Assembly: GCA_951406725.2 (NCBI GenBank)
Contig: OX597814.1
Location: forward strand, 108,934,001 to 108,998,000
DNA length: 64,000 nucleotides
Source: Octopus vulgaris
Lineage: Eukaryota
Reading direction: 5' to 3'
A model generated the notes under the pieces. It did no database searches. It had not been told where the DNA came from and saw only the letters and a program-made list of their open reading frames with translations. Position numbers and translations under genes: made by a program. Positions 13,919 through 25,985 of the stretch are shown here, piece after piece. Every line of letters begins with the position of its first letter. Within the stretch, counting starts at the first letter, position 1.

Positions 13919-14470
13919 GGTGGACCAAAATGATCTGACACATTTGGAGGCTTAATAAAAGCACAGAATAAGAAATAATGAAAAGAAAAATTTTATTTTC
14001 TGAATGTACATATAATGCCATTTTATTTCATTAAGTTTTAAAAATTAAATCAGCTAAATGCTTCCCATCATTGTCAACACACTGTTGGAGACGTTCATGA
14101 AAGCTATCGATAACTCTATGGATCATTTCTTCTGGAATGGCTGCTATTTCTACACAAATTGCACATTTTAATTCATCAATAGATTGAGGGCGATGACTGA
14201 ATACTTTTGATTTTAAATATCCCCACAGGAAGAAATCACATTTCACCATTCCAGAAGAAATGATCCATAGAGTTATCGATAACTTTCATGAACGTCTCCA
14301 ACAGTGTGTTGACAATGATGGGAAGCATTTAGCTGATTTAATTTTTAAAACTTAATGAAATAAAATGGCATTATATGTACATTCAGAAAATACAAATTTT
14401 CTTTTCATTATTTCTTATTTTGTGCTTTTATTAAGCCTCCAAATGTGTCAAATCATTTTGGTTCACCATG

Positions 14471-14514
<44 letters not shown>

Positions 14515-15155
14515 TATCATCATCATCGTTTAACATCCACTTTTCATGTTAGCATGGGTCAGACGGTTCGACTGGGGTCTGGGAAGCCAGGATGCTGCAC
14601 CGGGCACCAGTCTTATCTGGCAGTGTTTCTACAGCTGGATTCCCTTCCTAATGCTAATCACTCCATATAAGTAAAAGTAGAGATAAGCAAATTAGATAGA
14701 CAATATATAAAGTATATCAAATACATGAAATACAAAACAAATGTATATATATATATATACACACACACATTATAAAATGATGGAACTTTGAACTTTGCTC
14801 CTTTAACACCTCAGATGTAAGAGCTCTTCCCTGAAGACAGTAGCTCATCTCATTCTATGAGGGAATCAATCAACAACCATTATTATGGACTACTGAGCCC
14901 CCAGAAACAGCTGTTGCGTTTGTAATACTCTTCCTCAATCCCTTTAGTTCTTTATATCTTTTGCATTCTATGTAAGTCAGACCTTTTTTATATGCATCCA
15001 TATATATACACAATATTTTGCATATCCTGTATTTGATGTACTTTATACATTGACCTGTCCAACTTGCTTATCCCTGCATTCATTTCTCTCCACACTCAAG
15101 TTTGAATCTCTTCAGTCCTACTAAGTGTATTCTGTGCAGAATATACTGATCTATG

Positions 15156-15200
<45 letters not shown>

Positions 15201-16305
15201 CACACGCATACATATATATATATCCCATGCATAAATAAGAAATCCCTCTCCTTCCCACACTCCAGTCTCTCTCTCTCTCTCTCCTATGTATAAAGCTTCC
15301 ATACTTAACGTTGATGTCTCCAGTGTTGGTGACAGAAACTTTGCGGGTGCTGGAACTTTGCAGAACAACGGCACCAAAAGGGATGGAATTAGTCTCCAAA
15401 TTTAACTCCATTGCAAGACAGAACCCTTTGATCAAGAATAATGGCTGAGATACTCCTGCCTGTTCCAAACAAACCTGGAATATGGCCAAAAACAAACAAA
15501 CAGAATCTTGTCATTGATTGTTGTATGAAGGAAACATTCTGGAAAACACAAATAAAATAAATTAAAATAAAACATAGGTGCAAATGTGGCTGTGTGCTAA
15601 GAAGCTTGCCTCCCAACCATGTGGCTCCTGGTTCAGTCCCACTGAATGGCACTTTGGGCAAATGTCTTCTACTAGCTTCAAGCTGACCAAAGTCTTGTGA
15701 GTGGATTTCGTAGATGTGGTATGTGTATGTGTATTTGACCCCCACCACTACCACCACCACCATCACCACCACCACCACCACCATTTGGCAACTGGTGGCA
15801 GTGAGTCTACACACCCATAACTTAGTGGTTTGGCAAAAGAGACTGTTAGAATAAGTACCAAGCAAAAAAAAAAATAAACAAGTACAGGGATCAATTCATT
15901 TGGCTAAAAATTCTTCAGGGCAGTGCCCCAGCATGACCACAGTCTAATGACTGAAACAAGTAAAAGATAAAAGATGGAAATAAAATAATTGAAAAGTTCA
16001 TCTTTTTGCAAAACAGAAAACATTAATTGAAGAAAGGAAAGTGCATTATTTTCTAAATTACAGGTGGAAATCATCATCGTTTTAACATCTAGCTTTCCGA
16101 GTTAGATGGAATTCATTGGGGGAGATTTCTTTCTATGGCTTGATGCTCTTCCTGTCACCAACCTTCACTAATTCCCAAATGAAGTGATATTTCCTCCCAT
16201 GGCCAGACAAATTTTCACAGAAGACAAGAAACTAAGGACACGGCTGGTTTACAACCATCGCATGATGCTAGGGCAACGAGATACACACACACACACATAC
16301 GTGTC

Positions 16306-16355
<50 letters not shown>

Positions 16356-17900
16356 AACACACATTATATATATAATGTGTGTGGTTGATGTTAGGAAGGA
16401 CATCCAGCTGTAGAAACCATGCCAAATCAGACTGGAGTCTGGTGCAGCCTTCCAGCATGCCAGCCCAGGTCAAACTGTCCAACCCATACCAGTATGGACA
16501 ATGGACATTAAATAAATGATGATGATGATGATATATATATATATATATATATATATACTTAGAATGTTATATGGCCAAAGAATGACGATTGTTTTCAGAC
16601 ATATAAAACTTCTGAGCTGTATAGGTGGCTCATCAGATTCAGATGGCTGAAAGCACATAAACCTCTACAAGAGAAGGCAGGAAACTGTCATGATGAGTTA
16701 ATTTGGTAAATGAAAAAAATTCCAGAATAAGACTCAACCGGTAAAAGACCGGCTGAGGCAGAGTTTTCCGCTTAGATCAGCTCCAGTTATGCTGAAGATG
16801 GCTGATGCTGGCAGCATTTCCCTAGTTAGCAAACAGGGAATTTCATGTCTCCAACATGAATTTCCTCTTATGAGGGCACTCACTAAACATCTTGTTTTTG
16901 GAGTTTAAATATATATATATTTCATGTCATGCTAAGAAGTGGTGCACAGTACTGGAATTTTTGACTCGAGTATCTTGAGTATCTTCATAAGTGGAGTCTG
17001 GACTGATTCATTTGTACTGGCATTGAGTTGTATTAGTTGTAATAATGAAGTCAAACCAAATAGTGATATTCTGAAATCATTTAATACATATGTTTCAGGT
17101 CTGCACAACATATAATAGCAAATATATCCATTACATAAACCTTCCTCAATCAAAGCAATTCAGAATATGACTAGCAAATGGAGAGCGTACATAATCTGTT
17201 ACATTTCAGACACAATTGGAACTGATCAAAAGAAGATAACTCTATCTTGCCTGGAATGGTAACTTTCTGATTGGCCTAACTAACAACTACAGTATATATA
17301 TATGTGTGTGTGTGTGTGTGGAGGTGCAATGGCCCAGTGGTTAGGGCAGCGGACTCGCGGTTTCGATTCCCAGACAGGGCATTGTGAGTGTTTATTGAGC
17401 GAAAACACCTAAAGTTCATAGAGGCTCCGGCAGGGGGGGGGGGGTGGCGATCCCTGTTGTACACTTTTGCCACAACTTTCTCTCACTCTTTCTTCTGTTG
17501 GCCTGCTCGCTTAGCCAGCCAGGTGGCGTCACTTGAAGGCTAAAACAATGCAAAGCGCATTGTGACCAGTGATGTGTAGCAACATCTGATAGCCTGGTTG
17601 GTCACGGTGATATATATATATATATTTATATGATGATGATGATGGACTCTCCCATCTCGAAGATGACGTAAGAGTGTTCTATTTTTTTCTGAACAACCTG
17701 CACAAATGAATTGTTTATAGTGATTAAATTGACGTTGCCTGAACAGGTGCACTGTGCACCAGGCATCAGGTGTTAAGTGACTGCAGAAAGGTGTGAGTTG
17801 AAGTGTTTTGCTCAAGAACACAATGCACCCCCTGGTCTAGGAATTGAAACCATGATCTTGCAATCATGAGTCTAACACCCTAACCACTAGGCCAGGTGTC

Positions 17901-17972
<72 letters not shown>

Positions 17973-20073
17973 TAGAAAAAAACCCACCTTTTATCAATTC
18001 AAAATGAACAATTAAATTACATATAATAGAAATATTTATATTAAAATAATAATATATCGATGATTAAGTAAATTGCAAAATAATAATAAAAACGTATATA
18101 TTTGGTAGAATAACGACACGTGTTTCGTGGCTATATTTATATATGTAATTTTCTAGATGGTGTAATTTAATTGTTCATTTTGAATTGATAAAAGGTGTTT
18201 TTTTTCTAATTTTTATATATATATATTATATTTTGTGAAATTTGATTTAGTATTTCTAAATTGAATTTTTCCCTGTAAGTTAGGAATAATATTCCCTCAA
18301 ATTATTATTATTATTATTATATATATATATATGTGTGTGTGTGATGGACTTCTTTTACTTGCAGTTCCCATCTACTCCCAAATCCACTCGACAAAGCATT
18401 GATCAGCCTGGGAAGACAAGCCCAAGGTGCCATGAAGCAGGACTGAACCTAAAGCCAACTGGTTGGGAAGTGAAATACTTAACATTGCAACCACAACTTC
18501 ACTTGTCTTGTAATATTTTCCTGGAAATAAAGTTTACCTCTTCTGTAAATTGAGGAATTCTTGATTTTGGATTGAAGACAATTTGTATCTTTGCACTGCC
18601 ACTCAAAGCTGCAAGAGTAATGGGAGCCGCTGGGAAAATGGTCAGCACTCCACTTTCTTTGAGTTGAGTACAATTTGGAGTACAAACAATACTGAATGTA
18701 ACAGAAGCTGGAGTTCGGTTGATAATTGGAACAGTCCTTTTAATGACACTGCCCACTTCATAAGAATCAAGTCTCACAACTTTTTTATGATCTGCTACTT
18801 CGACCTTAAACAGAGAGAAAAATAAACAATAGTTAAACAAGGCAGTGCCCCAGTATGGCCACAGTCGAATAACTGAAACAAGTAAAAGACTCTAAAAGAT
18901 TCATAGATTAACATGGGGGGTTAACAAACTTCTTACATCGTTTGGCCCCTTCATGGTATTATAACTTTTCGACCCCCACCTCATTTGACAAATTTCAAAT
19001 ATAAAATAAAAAAGTAGAATTCATGAAAAAATTTCCTGCTTTAAAAGCAATAATTCATTTGTTCTTTTGTGTCATTACCACTTTTGGATCTTTTTCTTTT
19101 GATGGTCAGAATTCAACACAATTTCTAGTTAACTAAACAATTTGAAACTTCGTATACTGGTAGAATGTGTCAAAAGAAAACATTATTTTCACTTGGCTTT
19201 TTTGATAAATTTGTAATTTGTAAGTTTAACGTAGTTTAATTCTTCGAATTTTAACCAATGAATTGCCAGCATTTGAGCTCAAATCATTTGCTGCGTCTAA
19301 AAACTCAGACATCCTGTTGCAACGTAAACAGCGCACACACACACACACACGTGTTATTCATCCTTCTCTCTTCTGTCTGTCTCGCTCATCGATATTGATA
19401 AACAAACGAGGCATGTGCTAGAAATAACAGCCATATCTCTTAAATCAATGAATTTCGTTGCCCAACAAAAATATTAACGATATTTTTTTAATATTTTCTT
19501 TATTTTTTTTTACCGAAAAGGCTTCTCCGATGGTTTTGAAGGGCCAAAAACAACAAAAACAAAACAATAATATGCCTAAATCGGTCTAGAGTGGGATATG
19601 AGGGTGCACGTGGAGTGTGGGTCGTATTGTAAAAATTTGCGAAATATTTTTTCATAAAAGGATGCCCCAGCTTGTTGGAGGCTGTGATATAAATTGGGAA
19701 AAAAATCGACACCAGTGCGTAATTGGTACTTAATTTATCGACCCCGAAACGATGAAACATTGACCCTCCCCCATTTCTGGTTTATTTACGTTTTGTGTAA
19801 ATTTGTTCCGGCAAGGGGCAAAACACAGAGGGGACAAAGCATGAGATACAAAAGTATTAAGTCGATTCTATCAACACCAGTGCGAACTCATGAACATGTA
19901 TGTATGCTTGTGTGCGTATGTGTGTGTATGTATATCTCTGTTTGTATGTGTGTGTACACTTATATATTAATTACTATGTGCTTGTGCAAATGTATATGCA
20001 TGTGTTTGAGAGAGAGAGAGAGAGAGAGTGACAGAGAGTGTGTGTGTGCAAGTGTACGTGTGTATGTATCTGA

Positions 20074-20105
<32 letters not shown>

Positions 20106-23100
20106 ATGCGGCATGCGTCTCCTCGTTTGTTTATCAATATCGATAATGCAGCAAATGATTTGAGCTCAAATGCAGGCAATTCATTGGTTAAAATTCGAAG
20201 AATTAAACTACGTTAAACTTACAAATTACAATTTTCTCAAAAAAGCCAAGTGAAAATAATGTTTTCTTTTGACACATTCTACCAGTATACGAAGTTTCAA
20301 ATTGTTTAGTTAACTAGAAATTGTGTTGAATTCCGTCCATCAAAAGGAAAAGATCCCCACTTTTTAATATTTAAAGATATCTAATGAAAATACTTAACGA
20401 ATTTGTTAAAGATTAATAAAAATCCGGTGAGATTATATTGATATGAGATGTGTGTTTGGTAATTATTAGTTATTGCACTGATATTTGGCTGGAAAGGGCC
20501 TGGATAATTTAGTGATGACCGAAAAGATTGAAGGGAAAAGAAGCAGCAGAAGAAAGATGATATGGATGTCAAGCTTGGTGGACTGGTTGGAAGAAAGAAG
20601 GATTTTAACATCAGAGACAGGAGCTGTTACAGAAAACAAAGAACAGAGAATTGTGGCAGAACTTGACTGCCAATGTCCTACATTCTGGGCATTGCATCTA
20701 GAGAAGAAAGAAGATTTAACTGAAGAATACTGAGTTTTAACTTCAAACTACTGCATTCTTCCAGATTCAGTACCAAAATACTAAAATGAAATATCAAAAA
20801 TTGAACTTTAATTAAATATTCTTTGAAAAAGAAAAACAAAAAGATGACACAAATATATCTCTCTGGTATTTTACCTGCATTTCAATACCTCGACCAATGA
20901 AAGTAACATTTTGTGTTGAAAGACCATTTATTAAGAATGGAACGATTTCAGTATATTTCATAGGTTTTCTTGGATAGAATGAAAAGGATATTGTAACGCT
21001 CTTCTTTGGTTCAACCTTGGTGGCTTTAAATTCATACATTAACTGTTTGGTTGGAGTGTAAAGACAATCCAAGCTAAAACACAGAAAAGGAAAATGGTAA
21101 GTTAAAAGAAAAAAAAAGTGTTAAAATTTGTAAAATAAAAATAGATTTGGTTGCAGTTGGGGGGGGTTATGCCATTCAAGGCAGGATTGTTTCTTTCTCA
21201 GATTAAAAAAAATGAAAATTCCCATTTTTATTCCCAAATTATAATTCATTCACTTTTATATCCATTTTTCCATGCCAGCATGGATTAAATGATTACCGAA
21301 GCCTTGTTTTACAAACAGATGCCGTTCCTGCTGATAAGCTTTACTCCAGATGAAGGATCTTTTATTTCACCTGTTTTTTTAAGTACAAAATCAATGGATA
21401 ACTTATTGATGGGGGAAATGATAACAGTATCACCACTTGTAGGTCAGTAATTTAAAGACACACACAAAAACAGCTGGTAATGATATATAGTGCTGACACT
21501 AGTCAAACGCAGGATCTCCCACCACTGCCTACTCATCATCATCATCTTCATCGTTTAACGTCCGCTTTCCATGCTGGCATGGGTTGGACAATTTGACTGA
21601 GGACTGGCAACCAGATGGCTGCGCCAGGCTCCAATCTCATCTGGCAGAGTTTCTACAGCTGGATGCCCTTCCTAATGCCAACCATTTGGAGAGTGTAGTG
21701 GGTGCTATTAAGTGCCACTGGCATGAGGGCCAGTCAGGTGGTACTGGCAATGGCCACGCTCAAAATGGTGTTTTTTTACTTGCCACCTGCACAGGAGTCA
21801 GTCTAGTGGCACTGGCAACGACCTTGCTCGAATGTTTTGTTCATGTACCAGTACGGTGACACTGGTAACGATCACACTCAAATGGTGCTTTTTACATGCC
21901 ACCAGCATGGAAGCCAAACAGCTGCCCTGGCAGTGATCTCGCTCAGATGGAGCGCCACTGGCACAGGTGCCAGACATCGAATTTGGTTCAATTTCGATTT
22001 CACTTGCCCCAACAGGTCTTCGGAAGCAGAGTTTAGTGCCTACTCCATATGCAAAAACAAACAAAAGACAATAAAATGACTTTGTATGACTTAAAAAGAG
22101 AAAACATTGTCCACACTGTTTCGGACATCTCACCTAATATCCTTTTTGTCATTATTTCGAACTTGAAGCACAGCAATCTTCTGCTCCATGCCTGCCTTGT
22201 GAATGAAGGTGTTACCAAAGTTGTACGTTAAAAATGAGAACTCAAGGTTTGGATAACCAGCGTCACCAGTTATGAAGATGTTATAAGTTGGTCCATGGGC
22301 GATCTGAAGAGAATCATGAAGTTAGAAAATGACAGATGAAAGACATATTCTACAATAAAATATATAAAGATATTATCAGTTGCATACAAAATAGTGTGTG
22401 TGTTTTGTAATATACACCAAATCTGCTGTGACGTAGCATCTGGAGAAAGCTTCCCAATTTAATATCATCATCATCGTCATTTAACATCTGCTTTCCATGC
22501 TGGCATGGGTCGGACGGTTTGACTAAGGGCTGGCGAGCCAGAAGGCTGCACCAGGCTTCAATCTGATGTGGCAGAGTTTCTACAGCTGGATGCCCTTCCT
22601 AACGCCAACCACTCTGAGGGTGTAGTGGGTGCTTTTTACGTGCCACTGGCATGAGGGCCAGTCAGGTGACACTGGCAACGATCACGCTTGAGTGGTGCTT
22701 TTTACATGCCACCGGGACTAGTCTGCCAGCACTGTCATTGGCCATGACAACAACTTCACTTGATTCAACAGGTCTTCACAAGCGCAGTTTATTGCCCAAT
22801 GATTGAAGGTTTACTAATCAAAATACATAAACTCTGCCTATGTGCAACTGACAATGTTCCCATTACAAGAACTGCATTTAATTTGTAATTTAAGGCAAAA
22901 CTAACACCTCAGATTTTAGATAGCAAAATCTCAGAAAAATAGCAAAGGATGTGGCTCTGGACATTATTAGACTGTGCAAAACTGCAAATCATCATCATCA
23001 TTGTTTAATGTTCGCTTTCCATGCTAGCATGGGTTGGACGGTTTGACTAAGGGCTGGCGAACCAGATGGCCACACCAGGCTCCAATCTAGATCTGGCAGA

Positions 23101-25942
23101 GTTTCTACAGCTGGATGCCCTTCCTAATGCCAACCTCTCCGAGAGTGTAGTGGGTAATTTTTATGTGCCACCGGCACGGGGCCAGTCAGGCGGTACTGGC
23201 AATGACCCCACTCGAATCTTTTTACACCTCGAAAAAAATGTGGATATTATCCTTGTGTAGTTGGGTGCTGTAAAATCAGCCATTTCCAGCATTTTCTTGC
23301 ATTTTTCTCAAAATTACGTTTCTGACTATGGGTAGCAATCTTTCGGTCACGCTATCTCTGAGAATAATTGATGCAACAGGCTGAAAGTTTGCAGGTGTGT
23401 ATTCTTTCGATACCTGCCCAGATGCTGTTCTAGAGTGATTAGATACACTTCATTTGTTCATCTTCCAGAGACATCTGAATGCTACTACCCAGGGGTCAAA
23501 AACGCTTGAACTGCTGCATATGACCCCACAATGAAATCTAGGTCAATTTCATCAATGTCTTTGATTCGGCATCTAGGCTGCACCCCAATTCTATCTTCCC
23601 ATGTGGTTGGGAAGCAAACTTATCACCATACAGCCATGCCAGCACCTATAATACACCTATATAAACATGGGACTCCACAAACTGTGGTTAGGTTAGATCT
23701 CATGATGCTGGCCTCACACAGGAAATGATGAAAGACTTACAAAATAAGTTCAATGATGATGTTGAGCAGCAGACCCAGCTGACCAACAACAAGCAAGGAA
23801 TATCTAATGTTAATCAGATGTTAATTAATGATAATGAATGATAATGGTTGAATATAATCATCATCATCATCGTCATCTTCATCATTTCCCCATGTTGGCA
23901 TGAGTTGGATGGCTTGACAAGAGCAAGCAGGCTGGAGAGCTGCACCAAGTTCCATTTGTCTGTTTTGGCAAGGTTTCTACAGCAGGATGCCCTCCCTTAT
24001 GCCAACCACTTAACAGAGTGTGCTGGGTGCTTTTTATGTGACACCAGCACCAGTGGGGTTGTCAAGCAGCTTGCAAAACAAAGACCTCTTAGTTGAGAGA
24101 GGGAATGGAACCAAGAGAAATGACCGTTTGCCAGGCGAATGGTCAGAGTGTGAATAGAATCCATTTTAAAGAACGAAATACAACAAACCTTCAAGTAAAC
24201 TTTACATCCAGTCAAAGACAGTTTTTTACTGGGGCAGAAATCGATTTTGGACTCTTTTTTGAAACCAGTCTTAACAACCCCTGAAGGAGGGGTTATTTTA
24301 AGCAATTGACTTGCTTTCTCATTCAGGATCCACTTATATTCAAAATTAATTTTACAACTGTTTGATATAACCACAACCCTTGTTGACTTTTCATTAATTT
24401 CAACCTGGAAAAGACAAAAAAATTTTGAACAATGCAAAAACAAAAATATAAAAATGATTTTGCAAACATTTCAGCCCCTGACTGAAGCCCAGAATGTAAG
24501 GCACAGTTAAACCCTTTTGTAAAACTATAGTATACTCTACAATAGGGTCTACTGGGGTTTTAACCCTTTCGTTACCAAACCGCCCAAAGCCGCCCGAAAA
24601 AAATGTTGGTTTATGAGACCAAACCGCCCGAATTTACCTATTCATATTTAAATGAGAATATCAGGGCAAATCTCTTCAGTACATTCGTGAAAACACGTAT
24701 TATACTTCGTAAACAGTTCAACTACAGTTTTGTACAATAATCGAAGTGTAATTTTAATTCCGTGAATTTTGGGAGATTTTTTTCCGAAATTTGTTCCTAT
24801 TGTGTTTTCAAAATTTGTAATTCTGACAAAAAATGGATACGAATTTCATTATATCAAGCAGCGAGTCAGAATTCGAAGGATTTTCTACTGAAGACCTTCA
24901 TAAATCTAACTCTATGACTGAAAAAAAAAAGCACATGGTATTTGATAATGAATCTGATGTTTCATTTTCCGAAAGTGAAAACAGTGAATTCGAGAGCTCC
25001 GACAGCGATAAAGAAAACGAATTGGCACCTGAATGGAGTGAAAATTTTAAAAAACTGTTTCTTTCGGTGATTTTTCTGAAGAAACTGGACCAAGCCACAG
25101 ACTTTCCCAGAAGGGTAAAGCCTTAGACTATTTCTATTTACTTTTTCGAATGAGCCTATTTGAAATCATTACGGTGAAAACAAACCGTTACGCTAAACAT
25201 AAACAAAGCGAAAGAAAGGATAGTTTGTGGTTTCCCACAACCTTAAATGAAATTAAGACTATTTTGCCATAAATATCATTATGGGTATCAGAAAGTTACC
25301 CAGAATAACAAATTCTATCGTAAAATTTTGTTGTATACCCAATTGAATATTAGCTAATAACCCATTTTCTATAGCGATGTTTGAACAAAATTTTAATAAT
25401 TTTATATTTTGTGGAATTTACCTGTATCTACCTGTAATTAGAGTCACTTTGTGACAAAAATTATAGTATAGAATTGGTTGAGAATATTTCATTAAATTAT
25501 CTTCCAAAAATCAGATTGATATATCGATAAATAAAAAAGTTATAGTTGTTTAATGAAACCAGACTAAATTTATGACTACGTTAGAAATTAATTGAAACAC
25601 ATAAGGGGTGTAATTTGGTCAGAAATATAGTAACGAAAGGGTTAAGTAATGTCTATTGTAAGCTGCAATATGGTTTACTGTGGTTTACAATAGACATTTG
25701 TAGATTAGGTGTGGTTGTAGCAATAGGATAAACACAGTAAATGACTGGTATTTATTTTACTGACCATAGAGAAATTTGAACTTAGAATCTGAGAGTCCAA
25801 TGGAGCACTGTGCTCACCTCTGAGTTAGTGGAGAGAGAGAGGAGAAAGAGAGAGAGGAGAAAGCAAGAGAGGAGAAAGAGAGAGGGAGAGAGACACACAC
25901 AGAAAGAGAGAAAAAGAGACAAGGAGAGGAGAGAGAGAGAGA

Positions 25943-25985
<43 letters not shown>

